From assembly GCA_964016885.1 (NCBI GenBank), contig OZ024740.1:169012001-169076000 (forward strand): DNA of 64,000 bases, read 5' to 3'. A program made the translations under genes and the position numbers. This DNA is from Eledone cirrhosa. Lineage: Eukaryota. This document shows, piece after piece, positions 37,751 through 51,758 of the stretch (its first letter is position 1; each line of letters starts with the position of its first letter). The notes beneath the pieces are model-generated. The model was not told the origin of the DNA. It searched no databases and worked only from the letters and a program-made list of their open reading frames with translations.

Positions 37751-38146
37751 TCATCATCATCATCATCATCATCATTTTATGTCCGCTTTTCCCTGCTTGC
37801 AAGGGTGGGACGGGAACTGATTCTGGCTTGATTTCTACAGCTGGATGCCCTTCCTAACACCAACCACATTTACAGTGAGTGCTGGGTGCTTTTTTTATGT
37901 GGCGCCTACACGACCACTTTACAGTGTGGGCTGGGTGCCCTTTTACCGTGGCACCTCCACGATAACTTTGCAGTGGAATGATAGGGACTGGGGTCCCTAT
38001 CATCTCATTTCTACAACTGAGTAAACTGGAGCAATGTGAAATAAAGTGTCTTGCTCAAGGAAACAACACATCACCCGTTCTGAGAATTGAACTCACAACC
38101 TTTCGATTAAAAGTCCAATGCTCTAACCACTAAGCCATGTGCCTCC
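37751..38146 (-). mobile_element. tRNA/CORE-like SINE with one extra ~42-bp tail unit
   Basis: Reverse complement of 21212-21557 plus an additional repeat unit. Confidence 0.88.
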
Positions 38147-38869
38147 ATATATATATATATATATAGCAAAATTGACAACAGATACTTTTTGTTTTTCAAT
38201 TTACTCACCCCAAACAAGGCAGTGATGCCACAAAAATGCAAAGCTCTACTGAAAAGGGAAAATGATAAGACAGAGGGAACATAATTGAAGGAGACAGGAG
38301 ATGACACTTGATGTTGCTCTTGAACTTTTGCAAATTGTAGTGGTCTGGAAAGCAAGTGGTCAGAAGAGAATTCAATAGACCAGAGGTGATTGAGGGAAGA
38401 AACTATCAGAATAACATTTGCAATTCCATTTAAGAACTTCAACTGTAAAGGGATAAAATATAGCTGTGTATCTGGTACTTCATTTAAACTCATGAAGATG
38501 AGGCAACAAAGATGAAAATTTATCAGAACAATTTCCACGAAAACCAAAACACAAGCACAGACCAACAGAACTGCTGGTTCATTTGGGGTGCAATGTCTAA
38601 CAAGATAGTTAAATAGTTGCCTAGTGTATTTCAAAAGATGAAGAAAAAGATGAAAATACAGGACAGAACGCAGACATGAACGATAAAGTAAGCAAAACAA
38701 AACAAAACTTAAGTAAAATTACATGGTAAATACAAAGTGAATGAATGAATGAATAAATATTTGATATTTAAATTGAATGGGTGTGATAAAAGATGGATTT
38801 GGTCAAACATGACATGGACTAGGTGAGGCAGAAAGGAGAAATGCCTATGGTAAAAAAGTAGTGAACTAA

Positions 38870-39080
38870 TAATGGTTTCTTATATAAGCACAAGGCCGGC
38901 AATTTTGGGGGAGGGGAAAGTCGATTGAATCGACCCCACTGCATGACTTGTACTTTATTTTATCGACCCCCGTAAGGATGAAAGGCAAAGTTAACCTCAG
39001 TGAGATTTGAATTCAGATCATTAAGGGCCGTAACTCTATGCTGCAAAGCATGGCATCCAACCCTCTACTGACACCGTCCT
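38870..39080 (-). mobile_element. SINE family 2 (Meta-like)
   Basis: TTTATCGACCCC.GTAAGGATGAAAGGCAAAGTTAACCTC. Confidence 0.8.
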
Positions 39081-40132
39081 CTAGTGAGCTAATAATAAAC
39101 CGCATCTGAATGGAAAGTTACCAAGTGGGAAGAACAAGACAATAAGGTCACATGGCAGAGTAAGCAACTCAACAAACAGTTATCTTGTTCTTGTTTCCAA
39201 TTTTGTATTTTCTATATACCTTCTCATCCCTTATTCATCCACGCCTGTGTTTGTGTTTGGTTTGACTTGTATCTGTTGCTAATTTGACAATATTATCTGT
39301 GAAGTGTGACCTACCTCTTATTCTGTCATGTGACAGCCTCTTCTCCAGCTTTTGATAGATTAATAAAGATTTGGCATATTGTTACAATAGATTTGTAGTG
39401 CAAAGATATACAATCAATGATATTGGTATTGAGAGTTCAAATCCAGTTGGTGTTAACTTAGCCTTTCATCCTTTTGGGATTGATAAATAAAGTACTTGTC
39501 CAGAAGCAGTGGATAAGAAGAATTGTAAAAGAGTAAGACAAGATGCTTTGCAGTATATAATCTGACTCTGGTGTTCTGAGTTCAAATCCTGCCTCCTTTT
39601 GCCAGGAAATACAATCAACAGATAGTATTAGCAATAGAAGAACTAACTGAAATGTAGTTTCCTTAGTCTGATCTGATGATCAGCTCCCTTTCTTATATGA
39701 ATGGTATTTATTTTTATACTTTATTGACACTAGAGTGATAAATGACAGAATTAAACCTCTTTCTCTGGCAACATTTGAAATCCAAAACATATAGATGGGA
39801 AACTAAATACTGTATCAGCCAAGAATGAAGTCTCTAAGTGATCACTTGACTTGTTAGAAATAGCAACTAAATCTCCCTCAAATTACATGCCACTGTGTTG
39901 GGAAAAAAAATAGACACATTACATAATTTAGTCATATATTTCTCTAAAATTACAAGATGGTCATGGCTGGAATGTCTTTGAGTATAAGTCTGCTCAATTG
40001 GGGCTGGCCTAGATCTAAGCTACAACAGCAACAACAATTAAATATTGTAATGTATTTAGCCTAGCATTCTACCATCTGTGCCCCCCCCCCCCACCTTCAG
40101 ATAGATTAATAATGGTTGACATGCACACACAT

Positions 40133-40201
<69 letters not shown>

Positions 40202-40556
40202 CACACACAAACATATATTAATACCTGCTATAGCCAAAAGTAAGAAAGGATGGTGACACACATGTTAGTACCTGCAATAAAAACTAGTAGGATAGGAATC
40301 TTTTCCCGGAAAGAGCCAACCAGGGATTTACAGACTAAACATAGTAGTCATGTATAAACAAGTAGTTTACACTTTTTCATAAGTATTAACCTTGAAAGAT
40401 ATACTGTTGTGTCCATGTACTTAAATCTTGGTGAAGCAAGTAAGACTAGAAAGTATTATATCTAGACAGGAACAGAAAAAATGCATAGGTAAGATTATAT
40501 ATGTGTAATAATGTTTGTAATGTGTATATGAATGTAAAATGGGAGTATGTATTAGC

Positions 40557-40596
<40 letters not shown>

Positions 40597-40615
40597 ATAT
40601 ATGTATATATATGTG

Positions 40616-40652
<37 letters not shown>

Positions 40653-40974
40653 ATCATCATCATCATCATCATCATCGTTTAACGTCCATGTTCCACGCTT
40701 GCATGGGTCTGGACGGGAGTTTTCCCACTTGAGGCAAGAGTGGTTGTCTTGCTCGCATAGGACTGTCTGGCGGGTTTTCTACGGCTGGATGCCCTTCCTA
40801 ACACCAACCACATTTACAGTGTGGGGCTGGGAGGTTTTTTTGTCGTGACACCTACACAACCTCATTTGTTTCGGACTGGATGTTGTGGTACCAACATAAC
40901 TTTACATTGAAAGGGGTGGTGTGGATGGAGTGGCAGTAGTGGGACAGGGGTGTATTTTTGTTAGAGGTGCCTAC

Positions 40975-40975
<1 letters not shown>
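40653..40975 (-). mobile_element. RTE family A 3' UTR copy within mixed microsatellite
   Basis: Reverse complement of 11258-11628 with internal deletion. Confidence 0.85.
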
Positions 40976-41029
<54 letters not shown>

Positions 41030-41066
41030 TTGTATATGTATATATATGTGTATATATATAGATATA

Positions 41067-41131
<65 letters not shown>

Positions 41132-41243
41132 ATGAGTGAGTGTATATATATATATATAATATATATATATCATCACCATCATCGTTTAATGTCCATTTTC
41201 CACGGTAGCATGGGTAGGACACATATATATATATATATTATAT

Positions 41244-41381
41244 AATGAAGGAGGTGTGGTAAGGAACCAGATGGACCATAACGCACCAGAGTACTCAATA
41301 CTTAGGGTAGTAGAGTGGGTAATAGTCCAGAAATAGCCGTCGAAACAGCTTGAGCTCTGCCGTCGGGGTCAAACATTTTCC

Positions 41382-41383
<2 letters not shown>
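41244..41383. mobile_element. Penelope 5' leader joined to an inverted pLTR
   Basis: 41244-41324 matches 15195-15275 directly; 41324-41370 matches the pLTR in the opposite orientation. Confidence 0.8.
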
Positions 41384-41466
<83 letters not shown>

Positions 41467-41949
41467 ATATATTTATTTATATTTATATATATATGTATAT
41501 ATATGTTCTCTCTTTCTCTTAATTTTGAGTTTATTTTTGACTGGCCACCTGCCTGGTGGTAAGGTTGTAAAGAAAGGAAATTGTTCTCTCTTGTGTAAGT
41601 AATCGTTCTTTGAATCGTAAGAATGTTTTACAAATTTTAAAGGTTCCAGATATTGTGGCCATTTGTAGTTTATGTATTTTAGAGCGATGTTCTTTCTCCC
41701 CAAATCCAAGCTCAGTTATGCTTTACTCCATATAGGTTGGTATATAACCTGTAGCTCTAATGATGGCAGTTATGAAATTGAATGAGTATCTTGGATACTG
41801 GATCTGCAAACTCATTAATGGTTCATAGATAACCTCCTACTCTTGCATTTCTTTTCTAAATTCATATCAAGTGGGCAGCTGACTTCTACAGCAGGGCATG
41901 TTTTTTTATGTGTGAACCTAAACAATGTATGTATGTATGTATGTATGTT

Positions 41950-42330
41950 TCAAAATCAAGGACTCGATACTTGACATGTGAGACCTGTAATAGGGTTTGT
42001 CTGAGCATGGCAGGTCTAAAGAGTCACCTGAGAGTGCACAAGAACAGGGAAGCAGGCACCTGTGGAGCTATAAGTATTCATCAAACGACGACATGTGATG
42101 TTTGTGGAAGGGTATGCAGGTTGAGTAGTGATCTCACACGACACCTTGGGTCACATGGTGCCATGGGCCCAGCACTAGGTGTCAATAATTGTCACAAGTG
42201 TAGTGTTTGTATCAGAGTTTTCAAGTCGTTGGCTGGACTAAAAAGTCACAGTCGTTCAGCGCATCAGTAGGGGTTCTCCTACATGGATATAAAGTAGTGG
42301 CCATACTCGAAAACGAGTTGGCAGCCACCA
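41950..42330 (+). mobile_element. 3' end of a LINE encoding three C2H2 zinc fingers, in (TGTA)n
   Basis: CETC..GLKSHLRVH, CDVC..LTRHLGSH, CSVC..GLKSHSRSAH, stop, short hairpin 3' UTR, (TGTA)n tail. Confidence 0.7.
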
Positions 42331-43673
42331 TGTATGTATGTATGTATGTATGTATGTATGTATGTATGTATGTATGTATGTATGTATGTATGTATATATG
42401 TATGTCTATATGTATGTATGTATATATGTATGTGTGTATGAATGTGTGCATGTATGTATGTGTGTGTATGTATGTGTGTATGTATGTACGTGTGTATGTA
42501 TGTATGTATGTGTTGTATGTATGATTGAGTTTACAAAAAAAAAAGAGGAAAAACTCTCAATGCAGTAGATTGTAATTATTTGTTGTAGTGATTGAGTAGT
42601 TACTATAAGCAACACTCAATATATATATATATGGTGGCGGGGTGGTGGTCTTTTTGAGGCAACCGGATGCTTTTCCTAATGCCAACAATTTTAGTCACTG
42701 CTTGTGATACATAGAGATACAGTGTACCTATTCTAAACTGGGTACACATAGTTAAACTAGGAATCATAAAAATATAAAAATATATTGATATATCATGTCA
42801 TTAAGTTTAACTATGTACAAAAATTGACAGCTACTTCCCTTTTGGTTCTTCTTATGTTGTTGTTCCTTTTGTTTAACCCCCAATCAATCCTTGATTGAGT
42901 AGATCTATAAACAAAGGTATTTCAATATTGAACATCCTGTCGTTTTTTTCATTATCTAATGTGTCCATCCATTGTTTTATTTCTAAGATGGTAGGGTTTG
43001 ATTTGAGAGAAATCTGTCTTCTATTTTTTGGCATGTAGGGACTCTATTCCTGGTTTGTTTTGTTGTGTTTGCAATATATGTTAAAATTCAATTATTCCAA
43101 ACATAGTTTTTGAACTGTCCAGACGAGTTTTGAAACATATCAAAACTAAAGTAACAGCAATAGGAGTAACAATCAGTAATAATTCTCTCCTTTTGAAATT
43201 TTATTTTATTTTGTATAGTAAAGAGCAAGTATAGAGAGACTTTATATAGTCATTAGAGCTGCTAGAAATAACAGCCAAACCGCCCTTAACTCACACTCTA
43301 CATGTTAGACACAGTTGTAGTCATAAAGAAGGCACAAACATGTTACATTTAAGTATGCTAGAATCAGAGTTACGAATTGTGAAATATCAAACTTGAAGCA
43401 TGAAATTGCAAATATGTAGTGTCTAAAAAAGATAAAGAATCATATTCATAGCGATAGTGACTATAGAATTGTTATTGAGAAGATAAAACAAATATTTAAC
43501 TAAGATATATAAACTAAGATATATAATAAAATTGAATGTAGCACCTGAATAAACATATGACCTAAAACATTTGGATTGAAAGATATGGATTAATGCATAT
43601 TTATTAAAATGGAAAGAATACCTAAGTAAAGAAAATGTAGGAATAATATAATACCAGTTTTGTTTATAGATAT

Positions 43674-43903
43674 CATTTCATTTCATTTCATTTTACGTCC
43701 GATTTTCCCTGCTTGCAAGGGTGGGACGGGAACTGATTCTGGCTTGATTTCTACAGCTGGATGCCCTTCCTAACACCAACCTCATTTACAGTGAGTGCTG
43801 GGTGTTTTTTTGCCGTGGCACCTCCACGACCACTCTGCAATGGAATGATATGGACCTCAGTCCCTATCATCTCATTTCTACAGCTGAGTAAACTGGAGCA
43901 ATG
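43674..43903 (-). mobile_element. 5'-truncated CORE-like SINE
   Basis: Reverse complement of 21320-21550. Confidence 0.85.
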
Positions 43904-44099
43904 TACAAGTTACAAAAGACATAGTGTATAGGATGTTATAAGACTAACGAAAGAATTGATAATCTGTCATCAGTACTGCATTATCTCCATGGCTAAACCA
44001 CTTAATTCACAAATATTACAGCCTGTCTTGATGTAAATATCTGCTATGGTTTAGGTAAGCCACAAGAGTACTGTATAACTGCTAATAATGAGAAAGTTA

Positions 44100-44300
44100 G
44101 TTTTTCTTCTTCTTTGCCCACTTATTCCTGAGGGGCTCTTTTGGGCAGAGTCCTCAAAACCTCCTTTCAGCGGGTCTTGTCAGAAGCAACCCTCTCCAAC
44201 TGATTCGGCTGGATCCCCAATTATGACCATCCAAGCTCATGGATGTTATCCAACCATCTTGCTCAGGGTCTACCCCTGGGTCTCTTGCTGTTGGGTTTTG
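44100..44300 (-). mobile_element. 3' fragment of RTE family D
   Basis: Similar to 47355-47530. Confidence 0.7.
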
Positions 44301-44322
44301 CCTGTAAAGAAAGTTAGTTATA

Positions 44323-44508
44323 CAGGTAAAATTCCATTATAATGAATACCATTATAACAAATTTTTCAGTATAACAAAATTTTTTTCGATCCGTGGGGCG
44401 ATAACAACCAAATGCTTGATGTGTTTCAGTTGATCTCTTTATAAAGAATTTTTCATTACAACAAATTTTTTTGTACCCCGTAAATTTCGTTATAACAGAA
44501 TTTCACTG
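44323..44508. mobile_element. Tigger/pogo-like MITE
   Basis: TA-CAGGTAAAATTCCATTATAATGAA ... TTCGTTATAACAGAATTTCACTG-TA. Confidence 0.75.
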
Positions 44509-45387
44509 TATTACTAAATCCCTCTAAATTTTTTTTTATTATTTTTCAGAATTATTTGAAAATTATAGACAGATTCTTTCATTAGAAATTTATAATAAAA
44601 CAATTAAAAAGGGCAGAACATATGTGCATTTAGGATAATGTAGTGATAGATACATTATATTTTATACAAGGATGGGATGGTCATTGTTGAATTATCCTTG
44701 ATCATATCTGCTCAATGAGCACTTTATCATACTGGCATTATATTTTATTGATGTTAAAAGAATGAAAGTTTAAGTCAATCCTAGCAGAGTTTGAACTCTG
44801 ATACACAATCATCTGCAACAATCCCATAGGGTTTATCAAAGGCTCCATAAGTAAGACACCATTTAAACATTAATGCATTCAGGAACAAATATATATAATC
44901 TCACAAGGAGTATATATGTATAGATTAGCTGCCAAAGATCAAACTTACTCCCACACGTTGTATATAGTCATTACATTTTTCACTTGATTGAACTTTTGGA
45001 AATTGTATCTTGCTTTCTTTGGGGATAAATTTTCATCAACATGTATGAGCTTCCTACTCATTCATCATCATCATCATCATCATCCTCATATAACGTCCAT
45101 TTTTCCACACTGGCATGGGTTAGACGAGTTATCTTGTTGTGAGCAATGCCAGGTAAAGTGACCATGTCTTGCACATAGAGAATCGATTTTGGCTTGGTTT
45201 TTACAGCTGGATACCCAAGCCAATACCGGTTCTGTACGAGCAATTGTGATTTTAGTTTCAGTTTATTAAAACTAATTGATGGTTCACCACCTAAAGTGTA
45301 GTAGTCTGCATCTACCTATATGTATGGGTAGCTGAAGGAGTAATGTAGTCTCTGAGTGAATAATAGGTCACTAGACAATTAGGAGTT

Positions 45388-47104
45388 ACCAGGTCATGAA
45401 AGTAACAGAAAGAGTTATAGCACAGCTGATTAGGGACCGGGTGAATATAGACGAGATGCAATTTGGGTTTGTACCAGGGAAAGGCACCACTGATGCCCTC
45501 TTCCTTGTGAGGCAATTACAGGAAAAGTACCTAGCTAAAAGTAAGCCACTCTACTTGGCATTTGTCGACCTTGAGAAAGCCTTTGACAGAGTTCCACGTG
45601 CAGTAATCTGGTGGGCTCTTAGAAAACTAGGAGTAGATGAATGGCTTGTGAAAGCGGTACAAGCCATGTATAGGGGAGCAGTCAGCAAAGTTAGGATTGG
45701 CAATGAGTATAGCGAGGAATTTAGCGTACAGGTTGGGGTCCACCAGGGCTCTGTTCTTAGCCCTCTCCTGTTCATCATAGTCCTGCAGGCAATAACGGAG
45801 GAGTTTAAGACCGGATGCCCATGGGAACTCCTGTATGCTGATGACCTCGCACTCATAGCTGAATCTATGGTAGAACTAGAGAATAAATTCCAAACCTGGA
45901 AGCAGGGACTAGAGAGAAAGGGCCTCAAAGTCAACATGACAAAGACTAAGGTCCTTATAAGTAGACGAGAAAACAGAACCCAGATCCCCTCAGGGAAATG
46001 GCCTTGCTCAGTATGTAGGAAAGGTGTAGGTAGGAACTCCATTCTCTGCCCCAAATGCAAACAATGGGTACACAAGAGATGTAGCGGGATCTCAGGAAGC
46101 TTAATTAAGAATGTAGGATTCACATGCAGCAGCTGTGCTGAAACAGCAAGCAAACAGCCACAGGAAACAAGTACCACCTATCTCTGGGAGGGCCCTGTAG
46201 AAACAGTAGACAGCTTCTGCTACCTAGGTGACCGAATTAGCAACGGAGGTGGGTGCTCAGAAAGTACAATAACTAGGGTAAGAACGGGATGGAAGAAGTT
46301 TAGGGAACTACTACCACTGCTAGCTGCAAAAGGCTTCTCCCTCAGAATGAAAGGCAGACTGTATGATGCGTGTATCCGAACAGCGATGTTGCATGGTAGT
46401 GAGACCTGGGCGCTGAAGGTGGAAGACTTACGTAGATTAGAGAGAAACGAAGCCTGCATGCTCCGATGGATGTGTAACAGTAATATACGTGAACGACAAA
46501 GCATAAAGGAATTGAGAGAGAGACTGAGCATAAGAGGAATCAAATGCTGCGTGCAGGAGAGGCGGTTACGCTGGTATGGACATGTGATGCGTATGAAGGA
46601 TGACAGCTGCATAAAAAGGTGCAGAGCACTAGAAGTTGATGGAAACCGCGGAGTGGGGAGACCCAAGATGACTTGGGATGAGGTGATAAAAGCCGACCTT
46701 ACCCAACTACACCTCTCAAAGTCAATGACACACGACCGTGACTTCTGGCGTCACGCAGTAATACAGGGTACCCGACCTCCCATGGGTACATGCTGAAGCA
46801 TATAAACAATATGCCCCCCCCCCCCCCCCACCGCAAGGTGGTCGTGGAGGTGCCACGGCAAAAAAGCACCCAGCCCACACTGTAAAGTGGACGTGTAGGC
46901 GCCACGAAAAAGCACCCAGCACTCACTGTAAATGAGGTTGGTGTTAGGAAGGGCATCCAGCTGTAGAAATCAAGCCAGATCAGTTCCTGTATGAGCAAGG
47001 TATGGTCAGCCGACCAGACACTGCCCACAACAGGACAACCCGTCTAACCCATGCTAGCGTGGAAGAACGGACGTAAAACGGTGATGATGATGATGATGAT
47101 GATG
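45388..47104 (+). mobile_element. 5'-truncated RTE LINE, family B, uninterrupted 466-aa RT frame (45396-46796)
   Basis: DLEKAFD, LLYADDLALIA, PHD-like finger, GRPKMTW; (GAT)n tail. Confidence 0.95.
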
Positions 47105-47311
47105 AGTCCATATTCTGTTACTGTTACTAAATATGCATATGACCAAGAAAGATTTTATGCTCAGGACATTAACCTTTTTTATACCAAAACACTTAAAATT
47201 GCTGCTGGTTCTACAATACTTTGAAAGTATTTATATTTATTTAAAACCTGTCATAATTTTATGTTAGAACCTTTAAATTGTATCTCAAAAAACAGCCATA
47301 TAATGAGAAAG

Positions 47312-49760
47312 TTCTTCTTCTTCTTCTTCTTCTTCTTCTTCTTCTTCTTCTTCTTCTTCCTGAGAGGGTCATGGTGGCAGAGTCTTCAAACACTCTTTCC
47401 AGTAGGTCCTGCCAGAAACAGCTGTCTTCAACTGATCCGGCTGGATCCTCAAGTGAGACAAACCAAGCTCTTGGATGTTATCCAACCATCTTGCTCAGGA
47501 TCTACCCCTGGGTCTCCTGTTGGCTGGTTTCGATTTAGTACCATTTATCTGAACAGAACAACTCAGGCATTCATATAGAGACCTCAGGGCAACAAGAAGC
47601 TGACCATCGATCCCATAATCCTTCCACATGTCCCATGGAATGCGGTCATATGTCTTTTTGAGGTTTACAAAACAAAAATATACCTCTTGGTAATACTTCC
47701 ACAATTTTTCGAAGTCCTGCTGCAGTGTGAATATTTGGTTAGCTGTGCTCCATCCAGGGTGAAAGCTGCACTGTTCATCAGCTAATTTGGACTTGAAAAC
47801 CTTCCTACATCTTTTTGCCAGACACTTAGAATAATAGACTTTACAAGGAGATCCCTCTGTAAGTGAAACAATCTCTTTTGTCTCCCTTTTTGAAAATAGG
47901 GAATATCATTCCCGATTGTCATTGCTTAGGTGCCTTTCCAGAGATCCAGGCCACCCTGCACACATCAGTCAAACAGAGACTCTATGTAAGGCTTTTAACA
48001 TATCAGGCCAGATTTCATCTTTCCCAGTGACCTTGCTGTATTTGAGCTCTTTAATTGCTCTCAGCCTCTGAGAGATTAGGTACCATTCCCAGATGCACTT
48101 CATGTACATCCGAAGATTCTGTTGTGATTGGGTTTAGGAGATTAGTGAAATATTCTCTCCATCTTGTTAAAATGCACCTTTCTAAAGAGAGGAGAACCCT
48201 GGATGTGTTCCTAATAGCAGGTGAGGAGAAGGACTTCTTATTACCATTTCCAGATACATCTCACTTACATCCGAATATGCTGTTGTGATCAGGTTTAGGA
48301 GATCAGTGAAATATTCTCTCCACCTTGTTAGGTTGCACCTCTCTAAAGAGATGAGAACCTTGGATGTGTTCCTAATAGCAGGTGTGGAGAAGGATTTCTT
48401 ATTACAAAGCTGGAGGATGGTCTGCCAGAACACTTTATTTGTTGATCTGAAGTCGGATTCCAGCTTAACCCCAAAGTCCTCCCATGTCTTAACTTTGGAT
48501 GACATTACTGTCTCTACAGCGATTCTTCATGCCTGCTTGTACGACAAGTGCAAGAAGGAGGACTTATTTCCAAGCCAAGCTTTGTAAGCCTCCTTCTTTG
48601 CTTGGATGGCATCTTTGACCTCTTCATTGAATCAATGAGTCCTCATGCCACCCGGCGCCATACCAAGTCTCTTTCGTCCACAGAAGCTGAAGCAGAAACT
48701 GTTGAGCTGAACAATATCCACTCATTCTCAACATCCTCAGTTTGGTCTGGGAGTTCTCTGAATTTGAATGCAATAGTATCTATATACCTGGTCCGGACAT
48801 TCTTTTCCACCAATGCTTCCTACTTTATCCTCCAGGTCACCCTGGACATGTCAGTTTTGTAGGCTTCTTTGGCTTTAGGTAGTCTCAAGTTGCAGATAAC
48901 TAGATGGTGATTAGTTGACAGCTCAGCCCCACTCTTAACACAAACATCCAGCACAAAATCGAAGAGATCAGAGACAATAATAAAATCAATTATTGATCTC
49001 TGTCCCTGATACCTTTTATACCATGTATATTTATGAATATCTCTATGCTGGAAGACGGTGTCCATAATTCAGAGTCCATTGCTAGAACAGAAATCTAGTA
49101 AGGCCTCTCCATTTGTATTTAGATTGGGGTCGCTGTTCCTTCCGATCACTCCTTTCCATGTGAGGTGGTCAATGGCAACATGTGCATTGAAGTCTCCCAT
49201 CAGGATATATGACTCAGTGTTAACTACATCTAACGCTGCAGTGGTGTCATCAAGAAATGACCTATATTTGGACTCCTTGTTTGGTGTTTAAACTAGCACC
49301 ACCTACATAGACCTATCTTTCAGCCTAAGCTGCAAAAGGCAAATCCTCCCTCTTAATGGGATCCAGTCCATAATATATTCTGACAGCCAGGGGCTAGTGA
49401 ATATCCACACTCCCAGCTGTGCAGTAATTTCTGGTGCCACACCTGAATAGTGGAGTTTCCATCCTTCATCCAAATTTACTGTATCAGGAGCCACTGAACT
49501 TTGTTGAAGAAACCCTGGCTATATCTAGCCAGTAGCGACTAGCCTCCTCCACCAGTTCCTGCTCCTTACCTGTGAGAGTTATGATGTTCCAGTTTCCAAT
49601 TGTCAAGGTTTGCTCCCTTCCAAACCCTCTTTGGTGTTTCGGGATACACAATCTTTGTGCCTCCATCTCACACCTCCCAGGACAGGTGGTAATCCTATCG
49701 CCTGTTTATGAACATGAAGTGGAGACTGCAATATATTTTTCAAACAGGCCCCTCTATCTA
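47312..49760 (-). mobile_element. Degraded, internally deleted RTE LINE, family D (Rex3/Expander-like), (GAA)n tail
   Basis: IGNWNI..LTGKEQELVEEA, RSIIDFIIVS, GAELSTNHHLV, LTRWREYF, FVNLKKTYD, RPRGR; duplicated segment at 48085-48400. Confidence 0.85.
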
Positions 49761-50507
49761 ACTTATGTGAAGGACAATGCGGCTTGGTTCTTTTTTGTAC
49801 CTCTCACCATATTGTAGTTTTGGTGGTCTTAGTCACACCAGTCACCAATCTGGTGCTTTCTCAGACCCACGAAATGAGAAAGTTAGATATATCATTAAAT
49901 ATTTTGAAAATTCTTGATTACTTTCTAAATTATTTGAAGTCCCTATTGCTGACACAGACCATCATTTACTTTCTTGGACCCACCTTGCTGTTTACATTAG
50001 TAAACTACCAAATGACCACCTGATGAGGAATAACCCTGTGGCCAGTCTTGTGTAGTCTTGTATCACTTTGCCTCATATAACACTTCATCTATTGTGGATT
50101 TGAACTCATATATCCACTAGAACTTAAAAAGTTTATCATCTGACTTATTTGAACTCATCTAGATTCAATACATTACCAGTATATATTTAATCAACCCCAG
50201 AAGAGTAGAAAGTGAAGTGAGATTATAGATATAAAAGCATTCATACATACATTACATAAATACACACATACACACACATATGCACTAAGATATACATATA
50301 TGTATACATTAAACATTTGTGAACTTACATTTATACATGTACACACACAATTAAATGAATAATTGCATAACTTTACGCAGATTTATAAATAGATTTATAT
50401 GTATAGATAAACAGAGACAAGCAACAGGAACTTGTCAGAACTCAAATATTAAGCATATCTATGAGCATACAAACAAATGTTCACTCACACACGTACACAA
50501 ATGCATA

Positions 50508-51713
50508 TATGAGAAGTGCATTCTTCATGGGGGAGGGATTTAGTGTTTACAACAGACACTCTATCACGTCTTCTGGTAAGGATATAATCTATCTGACTGG
50601 CGTGTTCCCCTGATCTATAGGTGATCAAGTGATTGTCTTGTTTTTTGAAGTTAGTGTTACAGATAGTTAGGTTATTAGCATCACGGAATTCCAGGATTCT
50701 GAAGCCTTCCTCATTTCTAGTTCCAAACCCATAGCCTCCATGGATTCCGTCATAGCCATCACAATGTTGTCCAACGTGACCATTTGGGTCGCCAGCAATA
50801 ATTATGTAGTCACTGTCAGTTATTTGGGAGGTAGTGAGCATCAATGTCTCATAGAATCTGTCTTTTATAACGCCAGGCAGTCCGGATTGGGGTGCGTATG
50901 CAGATATTACTGTCACAGTAGTTCTATTTAGGACAAGTCTTATTTTAATTATTCTGCCATCCACTCTATTTACGTCTATTATCTTATCTACCCATTTTTC
51001 TGCTAACATGATTCCTACCCCACCCAGCCCATTGTCATTTCCCACCCAGAAAAGCTTATAGCATCGTTTTTCACCCACAATGAATCTGGCATTTACCCAC
51101 CCCTCCACCTGGTCTCTTGGATACAGCAAACATCAACCTCCTTACATTCAAGCATTTCTACAACCTCATTAGAGCGACCTTTTAAGGTGCCTACATTCAT
51201 GATACCAACTCTGAAGTATTGGATTGCGTTTGAGGGTTGGGATTATGTTGGCCATCTGCGGCCAAAATAAAGAGGAGGAGTCCTTGTCTTTATCTTTGGC
51301 ATTGTCACTGAGTGTCCAGATTTTTCAGACTCTCCAGAATTCCTTAGTCCATCCATCATATCGAAAGGCAACTGGAAGAAGTGATAGCATAGGCCGCTGA
51401 CTTATGATTGGTCGAAATAATAATGGTGGTGAGTGGGGGTGGGTGGGAGTGGTATAAGGTAGTTAGCAAGAAGGTTTAAATAAAATCCTCGAATTTTGGG
51501 CATAATTGGACAAGCATATAACAGTAATAAGCGAATAATGGGATTTTAAAATACAAGAAGATTATTTAGAACAACCAGACAGAATTATAGAATAGCAGTG
51601 AGAAAGAGCAAGGATTGGATTGTGGGCGATGATATGGATATATGAATGGACCGGGAGGATGGAGAGACAAGAAAAAATGGCATTTTACATTACATTTCAC
51701 AGGAGAGCGAGCA

Positions 51714-51715
<2 letters not shown>
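50508..51715 (-). mobile_element. RTE family A 5' fragment (UTR plus APE)
   Basis: 214-aa ORF 50485-51129 matches the APE of the 7995 ORF. Confidence 0.9.

Positions 51716-51758
<43 letters not shown>

Noticed and set aside
38107-38700. 197-aa minus-strand ORF
   Set aside because: No motif; runs through a TA tract into a SINE
41490-41900. Possible decayed GIY-YIG region (SCPLD-like peptide) on the minus strand; similar weak PLE hints at 15390-16040
   Set aside because: Too degraded to support without a profile search
49670-49760. Possible HDV-like ribozyme at the 5' end of RTE family D (GCCTGTTT/AAACAGGC helix)
   Set aside because: Could not build P2, P3 or P1.1 by eye; the copy is too degraded and needs a consensus plus descriptor search
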